NCBI GenBank assembly: GCA_963668695.2
Contig: CAXXLQ010000004.1
Coordinates: 2,912,001-2,976,000 of the forward strand
Length of the DNA: 64,000 bases
Direction of reading: 5' to 3'
Source: Vicinamibacteria bacterium
GTDB lineage: Bacteria > Acidobacteriota > Vicinamibacteria > Marinacidobacterales > Marinacidobacteraceae
In this document: positions 1-9,649 of the stretch, one piece after another
How the letters are laid out: each line of letters starts with the position of its first letter
Position numbering within the stretch: the first letter of the stretch is position 1
Made by a program: the position numbers and the translations under genes
Notes under the pieces: model-generated
Seen by the model: only the letters and a program-made list of their open reading frames with translations
Database searches by the model: none
What the model was told of the DNA's origin: nothing

Positions 1-1
1 G

Positions 2-115
2 GCGCCGCTGGGACGGAGCCGCCGGCTCCTTGCCGGAGTGGGGCTCGCCACCTTCGTCCTGTGCTTCACTCCGGAGCCGGTCGTCATGGATTGGAGCGAG
101 CTGTTCGGCTCCTGA
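2..115 (+). CDS. 3' end of a probable site-2 protease (M50) family membrane protein, truncated by the window edge
   Basis: Frame 2 reads APLGRSRRLLAGVGLATFVLCFTPEPVVMDWSELFGS*; the hydrophobic FxLCFxPxP tail resembles M50 C-termini. Confidence 0.5.
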   Translation, partial: APLGRSRRLLAGVGLATFVLCFTPEPVVMDWSELFGS

Positions 116-172
116 GTGGCGGCGCGCGAAGACTCAGAAAACCGGCGGCGTTCCCCGGACGAAGCGAACGCT

Positions 173-201
173 TTGACAGGGACCCTCCCGGGGTCTACCT
201 T
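173..201 (+). promoter_or_regulatory. sigma70-type promoter for the leu operon
   Basis: TTGACA (173-178), 17-nt spacer, TACCTT (196-201), about 100 nt upstream of the leuA ATG. Confidence 0.6.
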
Positions 202-255
202 TGCGATACCGGTATTCCCCGGCGTCCCACCCGGTCGTCGGATTTCCGCCGCATC

Positions 256-286
256 AGGCCGCTCCCACGTGGCGCCGGCCTTTTCT
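256..286 (+). terminator. Terminator-like hairpin in the leuA leader (possible attenuator)
   Basis: AGGCCG(256-261)...CGGCCT(276-281) stem with an inner CCA/TGG pair, followed by TTTCT, just before the leuA start. Confidence 0.35.
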
Positions 287-301
287 CGGGGACAACCCAA
301 C

Positions 302-1507
302 ATGACATCCACCCCTGCATCGGACCGTGTCTTGATATTCGACACGACGCTCCGGGACGGCGAACAGTCACCGGGCTGCAGCATGGGTCTCGAAGGCAAG
401 CTTCGGATGGCTCGGCAGCTCGCGCGACTTAGGGTGGACATCCTGGAGGCGGGTTTTCCAGCGGTGTCAGAGGGAGACCACGAAGCGGTGCAGGCGATTG
501 CGCGGGAGGTCGAAGGGCCCCGCATCGCGGCTCTCGCCCGCTGCGTGCCGGGTGACATCGAGGCGGCCTGGGACGCGCTCCGCGATGCGCCGCGGTCCCG
601 GCTCCACATTTTCCTCGCGACGAGCGCCCTCCACCGCGAATTCAAGCTCCGGATGGCGAAGCGCGAGATCGTGCGCCGTACCGCCGAGTCGGTCGCGGCC
701 GCGCGGGAACTCACCGAGGATGTGGAGTTCTCCCCGGAGGACGGCTCGCGCACCGAACCGGATTTCCTGGCCGAAGTGGTAGAGACGGCGATCGAGGCCG
801 GCGCTTCGACGGTCAACATCCCGGACACGGTCGGCTACACGATGCCCGCCGAGTTCAGTGCCCTGATCGGTCACCTGCGCCGGACGGTCCCGAATATCGG
901 CAAAGCGGTTATCAGTGTGCACTGCCACAACGACCTCGGGATGGCGGTCGCGAACAGTCTCGCGGCGGTCGGCACCGGCGCCCGCCAGGTCGAGTGCACG
1001 GTGAACGGTATCGGGGAGCGGGCGGGGAACGCCTCCCTGGAGGAAGTGGTGATGAGCCTCCGCACCCGGCGCGACCTCTTCACCGTCACCACCGGGATTG
1101 ACACCCGCGAGATCTTCCCGTCCAGCCGGTTGCTCTCCGAGATCACCGGAATGGTGGTGCAGCGGAACAAGGCCATCGTGGGGCAAAACGCATTCGCCCA
1201 CGAGGCAGGTATCCATCAGCACGGAGTGCTGCGGAATCGCGCCACCTACGAAATCATGCATCCGCACGACGTGGGGGTGGCCGGCAACGTCCTGGTTCTC
1301 GGTAAACACAGCGGCCGGCATGCCCTCCGGGCGCGGCTGGGCGAGCTCGGCTTCGCGCCGCAGGACAGCGAGCTGGACGCGATCTTCCGCGATTTCAAGC
1401 GGCTTGCGGACCGAATCCGGGAAGTTGACGACGCGGATCTCACGGCCCTCATGGGGCAGCGAGCGGTGGGAAGATCGGACCGATCGGCAGCCTCTCGGCC
1501 AAACTGA
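302..1507 (+). CDS. leuA: 2-isopropylmalate synthase, short form without the C-terminal regulatory domain
   Basis: [35 protein letters not shown] and LGKHSGR motifs; ends at about 401 aa; ATG at 302 preferred over the track start at 116. Confidence 0.92.
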   Translation: MTSTPASDRVLIFDTTLRDGEQSPGCSMGLEGKLRMARQLARLRVDILEAGFPAVSEGDHEAVQAIAREVEGPRIAALARCVPGDIEAAWDALRDAPRSRLHIFLATSALHREFKLRMAKREIVRRTAESVAAARELTEDVEFSPEDGSRTEPDFLAEVVETAIEAGASTVNIPDTVGYTMPAEFSALIGHLRRTVPNIGKAVISVHCHNDLGMAVANSLAAVGTGARQVECTVNGIGERAGNASLEEVVMSLRTRRDLFTVTTGIDTREIFPSSRLLSEITGMVVQRNKAIVGQNAFAHEAGIHQHGVLRNRATYEIMHPHDVGVAGNVLVLGKHSGRHALRARLGELGFAPQDSELDAIFRDFKRLADRIREVDDADLTALMGQRAVGRSDRSAASRPN

Positions 1508-1583
1508 AACGGGACCTGAAGCCGCCCGCACGGGCAGGAAACGCCTCCCCCGGACGGCCGGAGTCGGTTAGGCTCCCCGCCGC

Positions 1584-2123
1584 TTGTCCGTCAAGACCGC
1601 GGGGCTCCGCGCCACCCTCGAAAAACGTCCGCTGAAAGTACTGTCACGACTCGCTCAACTGGAAGATCCAGGCGAGTTGCCGGCGGTGCTTGGCCCGCTG
1701 GTAGCGAAGCGCCATCCCTTCGCCGCCTACCGGAAGGCCGCCCGCGAACTCGTCGCCGAGCGGGCGGAGGCGCGTGCGCGCCGACTGGGCGAGCCGCAGC
1801 TCTCGGAAACCGAGCAGGCGGCGCTCCGCGGCGCCGGGAGCCGGCTTCTTGGCCTGTCGAGCGGCGCTTCGCCACTTGCCGGCTTCTCCGACGAAGCGCT
1901 CGAAGCGGTGCGCCAGGAGCGTGATCCGGGCCGGGTCGCCGAGCGTCTCGGGGAACTGGATCCGGAGGGCGCCTGGGACCAGGTGCCGCGCATGGGGCTT
2001 CTGAACGGATTGGTCCTGGTGGCGGTATCCTCGGAGCAGGAGCGGCGCTGGCGGCTGAAAGAGGTGGAGAACCGGTCGCGCGTCCGCCGCAATCGCGACA
2101 CCGACGGAGGCGCCGGTCGATGA
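1584..2123 (+). CDS. Hypothetical protein (179 aa) between leuA and leuC
   Basis: Open frame with protein-like helical composition; its stop overlaps the leuC start (ATGA at 2120-2123). Confidence 0.6.
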   Translation: MSVKTAGLRATLEKRPLKVLSRLAQLEDPGELPAVLGPLVAKRHPFAAYRKAARELVAERAEARARRLGEPQLSETEQAALRGAGSRLLGLSSGASPLAGFSDEALEAVRQERDPGRVAERLGELDPEGAWDQVPRMGLLNGLVLVAVSSEQERRWRLKEVENRSRVRRNRDTDGGAGR

Positions 2124-3520
2124 CGAGCCCGCGAACCCTCTTCGACAAGATCTGGGGCACCCACGAGGTCACTCCCGCCGGTCCCGATCATCCGGCGGTG
2201 ATCTACGTGGATACCCATCTGATCCACGAGGTGACGTCGCCGCAGGCGTTCTCCCTGCTCCGGGATCGAGGGCTCGCGGTCCGGCGGCCGGGTCGAACCT
2301 GGGCCACGGTGGATCACTCGATTCCGACCCGTTTCATCGCCGGGGAACCGGCGTTTCTGAATCAGGCCACCCGAAACCAGGTCGCGACGCTCGAGCAGAA
2401 CTGCGAGGAGCACGGGATTCCGCTGTTCCGAATGGGGGATCCGGGTCAGGGAATCGTCCATGTCATCGGCCCCGAACTCGGACTCACGCAGCCGGGACGG
2501 ACGATCGTGTGCGGGGACAGCCACACGAGCACCCACGGCGCCTTCGGCGCCTGGGCCTTCGGCATCGGGACCACCGAGGTGGCGCAGGTTCTCGCCACCC
2601 AGTGCCTGCTGCAGGAGCGTCCCCGCACCCTGGGAATCGAGATTTCCGGCCGGCTCGCCGCCGGCGTCTCGGCCAAGGACCTGATCCTGGGTCTGATCCG
2701 GCGGTTCGGAGTCGCTGCCGGGAGTGGGCACGTGATCGAGTACCGCGGCGCGGCGATCCGGGCGCTCGACATGGAAGGGCGCATGACCGTCTGCAACATG
2801 TCCATCGAGGCGGGCGCGCGCGCCGGCCTGATCGCCCCCGACGAGACCACCTTCGACTACCTCGAGGGGAAGGAGCATGTTCCGGACGGCGAGGCGTTTC
2901 GGGATCTGGTGGCTGACTGGCGGCGGCTGCCGACCGACGACGAGGCCGAGTTCGACCGTTCGCTCTCCTTCGACGCCGGCGCGCTCGAGCCCATGATCAC
3001 CTGGGGTACGAACCCGGGGATGTCCTGCGGGGTCTCCGAAGCCATCCCCGAACCCGAAAGTGCCGAGGAGCGGGCGGCGCTCGAGTACATGGGTATCGAG
3101 GCCGGGCGTCCGCTGCTCGGCCGCCCGGCGGACGTGGTTTTCATCGGCAGTTGTACGAACGCCCGGATCTCCGACCTGCGCGCCGCCGCCCGGGTGCTCA
3201 GCGGTCGTCGCACCAACCCGGCGACTCGGGTCCTGGTCGTCCCCGGTTCCGCCAAGGTGCGGCGCCAGGCGGAGGCGGAAGGACTCGACGAGGTGTTTCG
3301 CAGCGCCGGGGCAGAATGGCGGGCGCCGGGCTGCTCCATGTGCATTGCCATGAACGGGGACCTGCTGTCGCCGCACGAACTCGCGGTCTCCACCTCGAAC
3401 CGCAATTTCGAGGGTCGGCAGGGGCCCGGGGGACGGACGGTCCTCGCGTCGCCGGTGACTGCGGCGGCTTCGGCGCTTGCCGGAGCGGTTGCCGACCCGA
3501 GACCTTTCCTCACCCGCTGA
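2120..3520 (+). CDS. leuC: 3-isopropylmalate dehydratase large subunit
   Basis: [38 protein letters not shown] and [11 protein letters not shown] motifs. Confidence 0.97.
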   Translation: MTSPRTLFDKIWGTHEVTPAGPDHPAVIYVDTHLIHEVTSPQAFSLLRDRGLAVRRPGRTWATVDHSIPTRFIAGEPAFLNQATRNQVATLEQNCEEHGIPLFRMGDPGQGIVHVIGPELGLTQPGRTIVCGDSHTSTHGAFGAWAFGIGTTEVAQVLATQCLLQERPRTLGIEISGRLAAGVSAKDLILGLIRRFGVAAGSGHVIEYRGAAIRALDMEGRMTVCNMSIEAGARAGLIAPDETTFDYLEGKEHVPDGEAFRDLVADWRRLPTDDEAEFDRSLSFDAGALEPMITWGTNPGMSCGVSEAIPEPESAEERAALEYMGIEAGRPLLGRPADVVFIGSCTNARISDLRAAARVLSGRRTNPATRVLVVPGSAKVRRQAEAEGLDEVFRSAGAEWRAPGCSMCIAMNGDLLSPHELAVSTSNRNFEGRQGPGGRTVLASPVTAAASALAGAVADPRPFLTR

Positions 3521-3540
3521 AGAGGAAGAGAGGAATCGGC

Positions 3541-4155
3541 ATGGACCCAGTCGTTCGAATCGCTTCGCGCACCGTGTTGCTCGACGCCGACAACGTGGAT
3601 ACCGATCAGATCATTCCCGCCCGCTTCCTGACCGTGATCTGCCGGGACGGGCTCGGGCCGGGACTGTTCGCCGACTGGCGGCGCGACGCCGGAGGCGCGT
3701 TGCGCCAGGATTTTCCCCTCAACCGTCCCGAGGCTGAAGGTGCCCGCATCCTGGTCGCGGGGGCCAACTTCGGGTGCGGTTCGTCGCGCGAACACGCGCC
3801 CTGGGCGCTCACCGACCACGGATTCGCCGCCGTGGTGAGTCCCTCGATCGCGGACATCTTCAAGGGGAATGCGGTCCGGAACGGGCTCGTGCCGGCGGAA
3901 ATAGGACCGGCGGCGCACGCGGCGCTGGTGGCTCAGCTCCGGGCCGATCCGGGGGCGGACCTCGTGATTGACGTGGCGGCGGGAACCGTGACCCTTCCGG
4001 ACGGTGGAACGGCCGGCTTCCGGCTGTCTCCGTTCGCGCGCCGGTGCCTTTTGACCGGGTTGGGGCCTCTGGACTTCCTGCTCGAACAAGAGCCCGCGAT
4101 CGGGCGCTACGAGGAAGGCACCGAACACCCCGGCGCGCCGGGCCCATCCCGTTGA
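3541..4155 (+). CDS. leuD: 3-isopropylmalate dehydratase small subunit
   Basis: NVDTDQIIPARFL and NFGCGSSREHAPWAL; RBS GAGAGGAA before ATG 3541. Confidence 0.96.
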   Translation: MDPVVRIASRTVLLDADNVDTDQIIPARFLTVICRDGLGPGLFADWRRDAGGALRQDFPLNRPEAEGARILVAGANFGCGSSREHAPWALTDHGFAAVVSPSIADIFKGNAVRNGLVPAEIGPAAHAALVAQLRADPGADLVIDVAAGTVTLPDGGTAGFRLSPFARRCLLTGLGPLDFLLEQEPAIGRYEEGTEHPGAPGPSR

Positions 4156-4721
4156 GCGGCCTGCGACGCTGTGGCTGGGCCGAGGGCACGTTCCCTGCGT
4201 ACGTGCGTTACCACGACGAGGAATGGGGCCTGCCGGTGCGCGAGGACCGCACGCAGTTCGAGTTCCTCGTCCTCGAGTCCGCCCAGGCCGGCCTGAGCTG
4301 GGCCACGATCCTGAAACGCCGCGAGGGCTACCGGAAAGCGTTTGCCGGCTTCGATCCGGACCGGGTTTCCCGTTTCCGGAGGCCGCGCATCGAGGGACTC
4401 GTCCAGAACCCGGCAATCATCCGCAACCGCGCGAAGGTCGAGGCCGCGGTGAACAACGCCAAGCGTTTTCTGGAAGTGCAGCAGGAGTTCGGCAGCTTCA
4501 GCACCTACATCTGGGGTTTCGTCGGGGGTTCTCCCCAGGTCAGCCGCTGGGAGCGGGACGATGAGGTGCCAACGACCTCGGGCGAATCCACGGCTCTCGC
4601 GAAAGACATGAAGGTGCGCGGGTTCCGGTACGTTGGGAGCACGATCCTCTACGCTCACATGCAGGCCACCGGACTCGTGAACGACCACCTGGTCTCGTGT
4701 TTTCGGCACCGGGAGGTTTAG
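4152..4721 (+). CDS. tag: DNA-3-methyladenine glycosylase I
   Basis: RCGW, YHDEEWG, LESAQAGLSW, IIRNRAK and MQATGLVNDHLVSC; TTG start overlaps the leuD stop. Confidence 0.95.
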   Translation: MSGLRRCGWAEGTFPAYVRYHDEEWGLPVREDRTQFEFLVLESAQAGLSWATILKRREGYRKAFAGFDPDRVSRFRRPRIEGLVQNPAIIRNRAKVEAAVNNAKRFLEVQQEFGSFSTYIWGFVGGSPQVSRWERDDEVPTTSGESTALAKDMKVRGFRYVGSTILYAHMQATGLVNDHLVSCFRHREV

Positions 4722-5004
4722 CAGCCGGTGGTGAAACCCAGGCGGCGTTCGGCCAGCGATCCATCCCGGCCAAACAGCCGGTAATGAAACCCGCGCGGCG
4801 TTCGGCGGCGATCCATCCCGGCCAAACAGCCTGTAGTGAAACCCGCGCGGCGTTCGGCGGCGATCCATCCCGGCTGAACCGCGTCGCTGCGCGCCGCTCG
4901 TCGTTGCGTTTCGGTCGAAATACACTCGGTATTCCTCGCTCACGCGCCTTGTCAGCCGGGCGCCTCGCCACTCTCGGCGCTCACGCCACTTTGCCCACAG
5001 GCTG
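4722..5004 (+). mobile_element. MITE-like element copy 1 (three tandem left-end modules plus core; no 18-bp inserts)
   Basis: TTAG|CAGCCGGTGG...CCCACAGGCTG|CTAG; 52-53 bp left modules start at 4722, 4775 and 4827; abuts the tag stop codon. Confidence 0.85.
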
Positions 5005-5121
5005 CTAGGGGCGCCGGTTCTCAGACCGGCATCGCCCCGCCAGGCGGGACGATGCCGGCTAGGGCCGGTCTGCGTGAGTGTGGTTCCCGGGAATGAGAGC
5101 GGTAGGCTTCCGAGCGTGCGA

Positions 5122-6297
5122 ATGCAGCGCATGCCTTCGGAAAAATGGTTTCTTCCGGGGTTCGGACTTCTCGCGGCCGCGGTCCTGTTGACCCTTTCCT
5201 GCGGGGGCGGGGAGAACGGCGGTACGCCGGTTGCTCCCACAACGCCGCGGCCCCCGCCGCGTCAGCTCACCGGCCTTGAAGTCTTCGTCGAACGGACACA
5301 AATCCGGGTGGGGCAGGCGGTTGGACCGCTGGTGGCATACGGACAATACGACGACGGCACCACCGGGAGCGTGAACGCCACCTGGACCTCCTCCGATCCG
5401 GCGGTGGCCGAGGTGGCCGAAGACGGGATCGTGACCGGAGTGAGCGCGGGAGTTGTTGAAATCAACGCCACCTTCGAGAGTTTCACCGAGACGGTCGACT
5501 TCGAGGTGGACGGGCCCAACCCCCGGAATACCCGGGATCAACCGGATGACACCTCCGGTCCGCAGATCCATGTGGTGTACGCCTTGCCGAGCGATGTCGA
5601 GGATGGCAACCTCGACCGCTACGGGGATATCGCGAGGTCCTTTGCAGCGATCCAGAACTGGTTGAGCGAAGACATCGGGTACCGCTTGTTGCTTGACACC
5701 TACGGCGGTGATCTTGACGTGACCTTCCTCCGTCTCCCGTTCACCCATCAGGAGGGAGATGGACGAAGCGGGAGCTTGGTGTTCGATCTCGAACAGGCGA
5801 TCAGGGACAGTATCGGGATCGCTCCGAACAAGATTTACGCGGTGTACTACGGGGGGCGGTCCGCGGGAGTCTGCGGAAGCGCCAACCTCGGAGGCCCCGT
5901 GGGAGCCGTCTATGTGCACCGCGACGGATGCAGCAACAGCTCCCCGGGGATGGATCCGGAGGTGGCTTCCACCTACGAGGGGGTGATGGTGCACGAATTG
6001 CTGCACGTCTACGGCGCGGTCGCCCCCTGCGCACCCCACCAGGGAGGTGGGGCCCACGTGCAAGACGATCCCGCGGACGTGATGTACGCGGGAACCGAAA
6101 GGGAGCCTCGCGCTGAGGCGGTAGTCGACGTCGGACGCGACGACTATTTCGGGCACGGCCGGGCGGACTGCCTCGACACGGCGAACAGCCGCTTCTGGGA
6201 GCGGGTGGAATCCCGGCGGGCCTGGTCGCCTGGCAGAAGAAGCTCGCACGTCGATATTCCGGTCGCCGACTGGCCCCTCCGCTGCGAACTGCACTGA
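5122..6297 (+). CDS. Lipoprotein with an Ig-like (Big_2-type) domain and a zinc metallopeptidase-like domain
   Basis: Signal peptide with lipobox LTLSC-GGG; WTSSDPAVAEV..G.VTGVSAG Ig motif; HELLHVYG and DVMY (Met-turn-like); start could also be 5131. Confidence 0.75.
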   Translation: MQRMPSEKWFLPGFGLLAAAVLLTLSCGGGENGGTPVAPTTPRPPPRQLTGLEVFVERTQIRVGQAVGPLVAYGQYDDGTTGSVNATWTSSDPAVAEVAEDGIVTGVSAGVVEINATFESFTETVDFEVDGPNPRNTRDQPDDTSGPQIHVVYALPSDVEDGNLDRYGDIARSFAAIQNWLSEDIGYRLLLDTYGGDLDVTFLRLPFTHQEGDGRSGSLVFDLEQAIRDSIGIAPNKIYAVYYGGRSAGVCGSANLGGPVGAVYVHRDGCSNSSPGMDPEVASTYEGVMVHELLHVYGAVAPCAPHQGGGAHVQDDPADVMYAGTEREPRAEAVVDVGRDDYFGHGRADCLDTANSRFWERVESRRAWSPGRRSSHVDIPVADWPLRCELH

Positions 6298-6347
6298 CCG
6301 GGGCGCGTCGGTCGCGCTGCCAGCCCGCCGGCGCTTCGGTTTCGGTC

Positions 6348-7467
6348 ATGCCCCGGACTGCGCTCATCGTCGGCGCGGGGATCGGAGGCCTTTCGGCAGC
6401 CATCGCGCTCCGGCAGGCGGGTTGGAATGTCCGGATCCACGAACGGGCAGCGTCGAAGCGGGAACTCGGATTCGGACTCCTCCTGGCTCCGAACGCGATG
6501 GCGGCTCTCGGGCGCCTCGGCGTCGCCGGTGCGGTACTCGAGCAGGGATTCGCTCCGACCCTTGGCGAGGTGCGGCGGATGGACGGGACGCTTCTGAAGC
6601 GAACCGAATTTCCGTCCCCGGAAGTGCTTGGTGGGCCGACAGTGGTGGCGCTACGCCCCGCTCTCTTCGATGTCTTGCTCGATGCGGTTCCGGGTGACGT
6701 GCTCCAGCTCGGGAGTGAGGTCACCGAGTTTCGGGAGACAGCAGGCCGGGTGGTTCTTCGGACAGCCGGGGGCGACGATGAAGGAGACTTGCTCGTGGGC
6801 GCGGACGGCGTCGGATCCGTCGTTCGTCGCCTGCTCCATCCGGCGCAGCCGCCGCCCCAATCGAGCGGCATCATCGCCGTCCGGGGGATTGCGTGGGATG
6901 CAATCGGCCGTCTTGGACCGCTGTCCGGCATCTCCTACCTCGGCCCGGGCGTCGAATCGTTCCTGGCCCGAGCAAGTGACACCCGGATCTACTGGGCGCT
7001 TTCCCTGGCGCGGGAACTGGTTCCGGAGAAACCCGGGATCCCGCCGAAATACTGGCGCTGATGTCTCCCCGATTCGATGCGGACTTTCGCGCCGTGACGT
7101 CCGCAACCGAAGAAATGCGCTGTGACGAACTGGTGGACCGCGAGCCGCTCCCGTTCTGGGGAGAAGGCGCCGTCACGCTGCTCGGCGATGCGGCGCATCC
7201 ACTACTGCCACACACTGGCCAGGGTGCCGCCCAAGCGATCGTCGACGCTGTCTCCCTGGCGCGCGCACTGGGTTGGGACGCAAGACTCGAGGACGCCCTG
7301 AGGTCCTACGAACGGGAGCGGCGAAAGAGGACCGGGGTTCGCGTGGGCCAGGGGCGCCGGACGGCGCGCCTCATGCGGGCGACGAATCCGCTCCTCTGCC
7401 GGATCCGGGAAGAAACGGTGCGGCGGATACCTGCGACCCTGCTGGTGAAGTTGTTTGCGAGGCTTGA
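6348..7467 (+). pseudogene. FAD-dependent monooxygenase split by a frameshift, with its 3' end fused to a MITE
   Basis: GAGIGGL and GADGVGS in 6348-7061; LLGDAAHPLLPHTGQGAAQAI in another frame (7061 onward); frameshift near 7026-7030; no in-frame stop before the MITE at 7468. Confidence 0.75.
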
Positions 7468-7735
7468 CAGCCGGTGGTGGGACCCACGCGACGTTCGGCC
7501 GGCGATCCATCCCGGCGAAACAGCCTGTAATGGAACCCGCGCGGCGTTCGGCCGGCGATCCATCCCGGCTGAACCGCGTCGCTACGCGCCGCGCATCGTT
7601 GCGTTTCGGTCGAAATACACTCGGTATTCCTCCCTCACGCGCCTTGTCAGCCGGGCCCCCACCGGGAGAACTGGCCCCACCGGGAGAACTGGGCCTCGCC
7701 GGCCTCGGCGCTCGCGCGGGTCCCACCACCGGCTG
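7468..7735 (+). mobile_element. MITE-like element copy 2 (two left modules; tandem 18-bp inserts at 7657-7692)
   Basis: TTGA|CAGCCGGTGG...CCACCGGCTG; same core as copy 1. Confidence 0.85.
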
Positions 7736-7779
7736 TGGACCGGCGAGCCGGAACCGATTCCTCGGCCCAGTGACGCGCT

Positions 7780-7841
7780 CTTCGCTTCGAGTTTTCCACA
7801 GAGCCTGCCCTCGGCGGGAATTTCGCAGTCCCTCTTCCGTC
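7780..7841 (+). promoter_or_regulatory. Conserved upstream box plus ECF-sigma-like promoter of pilM
   Basis: CTTCGCTTCGAGTTTTCCACA (7780-7800), then GGAAT-N16-CGTC (7817-7841); near-identical arrangement at 26925-26985. Confidence 0.45.
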
Positions 7842-7850
7842 TGAGGGAGT

Positions 7851-9032
7851 GTGCGCAGTCTTGTCAGATGGAGACGCTCCGTGACCGGGCTCGGGGTGGA
7901 CTTCGGGTCTTCGGGAGTCAAGGCGGTAGCACTTTCCAGCGACGGCAGCGGCCTGACCCTCCTCGGAGCCGGACGCGAGGCGCTCGAACCGGGGGCTGTC
8001 CAGGACGGCGCGATCCGGGACCCCGACCCCGTCGGTGCGGCGCTCGGCCGCCTTCTCGCACGACTGGGGGTCCGTTGTCGTCGGGTGGCTCTTTCGATCG
8101 GCGGCAGTTCGGTCCTCGTCAAGAGGTTCCCGGCGCCGGCCGAAGCGGCCCTGTCCGGCAAGGCAGGGGACGGGTTCCGCGACGCTGTTGCACGGGAAGC
8201 GGCCCGACACGTTCCGTTCCATCTCGAATCCCTCGAGTTCGACTACGAGGGGCCGCTGCCGGCACTGGCGGAGCCGGTGCCCGGAGAGCCTGCTCGAAGG
8301 GAGCGCGGGGCCATCGTGTTTGGCGCCGCGCCGCGCGAGACGGTCGACAACCACTGTCGGGCCGTGACCGCGGCCGGGCGGCAGGTGACCCGGATCGAAC
8401 TCGAACCCTACGCGCTCTATGCAGCGGCGGGCCTTACAACTTCGCTCACCTCTCCGGATCGGGAACCCAGCGCCCTGGCCATCGTGGAGATCGGTGCGTC
8501 GCGGGCCGGGGTGCATGTCTTCGGGGGCTCTCCTCCTCCCCATCGCCTGATCCGGGGTAACCATTCCGCGCCGGACCCCGGGGCCGGTGCGGGCGCGCCT
8601 GGCGACCTCCTGGCCAGCATCCCGGCACCCGGAGCGGGGGCACGGGAGGTGGATCGGCCGCCGTTGGATGCGGCCCCTCAATTCGCACCGGCCGGCCGCG
8701 CCGGTCATTCCGAGCGTCAGGAAACGGGCTGGCCGGGACGCCCTACGGACGACGCGGACGTGTTCTGGAACCGCATTGTGGCGACGGCACGGGAGGCGCT
8801 CCGAGAGGCGGACCCGCGCGGTGGGGTTCGGTTGTGCGTAAGCGGCGGCGGAGCGGGCCTGCCCGGAATGCGCGCCCGGCTGGAGGAACTCGAATTGGGC
8901 AAACCCGTGGTCCTCAATCCGTTGGGGCAACTGGGCTCAGGGGACGGGGAGCCGGCGTTCTCGGTCGCAGCCGGTCTCGCCTATCAACAGATTCTTGATC
9001 TGACGGGACCTGCAAACGGACGTCGCTCATGA
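7851..9032 (+). CDS. pilM: Type IV pilus assembly protein PilM (divergent)
   Basis: GVDFGSSGVKAV, EAARHVPF, VEIGAS, SGGGAGLPG and FSVAAGLA; first gene of an MNOPQ-order cluster. Confidence 0.8.
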   Translation: MRSLVRWRRSVTGLGVDFGSSGVKAVALSSDGSGLTLLGAGREALEPGAVQDGAIRDPDPVGAALGRLLARLGVRCRRVALSIGGSSVLVKRFPAPAEAALSGKAGDGFRDAVAREAARHVPFHLESLEFDYEGPLPALAEPVPGEPARRERGAIVFGAAPRETVDNHCRAVTAAGRQVTRIELEPYALYAAAGLTTSLTSPDREPSALAIVEIGASRAGVHVFGGSPPPHRLIRGNHSAPDPGAGAGAPGDLLASIPAPGAGAREVDRPPLDAAPQFAPAGRAGHSERQETGWPGRPTDDADVFWNRIVATAREALREADPRGGVRLCVSGGGAGLPGMRARLEELELGKPVVLNPLGQLGSGDGEPAFSVAAGLAYQQILDLTGPANGRRS

Positions 9033-9649
9033 ATCTCCTGCCGGCGGAAGCCCGTCAAGGTCGAATGCTCGGAAAGCGCGCCGGTGCCTCTGCCCACGTT
9101 CGGATTTTTTGGGGCACGCTGCCCATCGCCCTGACGCTGGCGATGATTGGGCTCGACGTGAATGTCCTGCGTACGCGCCTTCAAGGCGCCCGCTCCGACC
9201 GGGACCGTCTGGGGACCCTGATCGCCGAACGGGAGGGGCTGGAGGAGCGTCTCGTGGCGGATCGGGAACGGCTTCGGCAACTGCGCGTGGCCGAAGGGCG
9301 CCTGGCGCGCTGGGACGAAGAGCGGTTTCTACTGCCGGAGCTCCTGCGGGGGCTCTCGGTCGCGGTTCCGGATGCGGTCGTTCTCGAAGAGGTCCGTCGG
9401 GAAGGCCCGGATTTCCGGGTGACCGGGCGCGGGGATTCGGCGTCCGTGGTCGCCAAGGCGGTGGACGCCCTTTCCGGGATGGAGCGAGTGCGCGATCTGG
9501 AGTTGCTCTGGGTCGAGCGGGTGGACGGAGCGGCCGGCGTGGAGGAGCAGCGATTCGCGCTCGCGGGCTCGCTTCGCTTCGCGTCGCGGGAACCTCAGCC
9601 GTTCGAGACGGTTGAGGCCGCACCGCGGGACCGGGAGCGTTATCGGTGA
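9029..9649 (+). CDS. pilN: PilN-like protein
   Basis: N-terminal NLLP motif, one TM segment, coiled coil, then ..LSVAVPDAVVL..; position after pilM. Confidence 0.78.
   Translation: MNLLPAEARQGRMLGKRAGASAHVRIFWGTLPIALTLAMIGLDVNVLRTRLQGARSDRDRLGTLIAEREGLEERLVADRERLRQLRVAEGRLARWDEERFLLPELLRGLSVAVPDAVVLEEVRREGPDFRVTGRGDSASVVAKAVDALSGMERVRDLELLWVERVDGAAGVEEQRFALAGSLRFASREPQPFETVEAAPRDRERYR

Noticed and set aside
4722-4880. Tandem 52-53 bp units resembling a CRISPR array (also at 16751-16920)
   Set aside because: The units are similar along their whole length with no unique spacers, no cas genes are present, and they are duplicated MITE left ends
7061-8560. 499-aa ORF
   Set aside because: It is the monooxygenase C-terminal half reading through a MITE and out of frame over pilM
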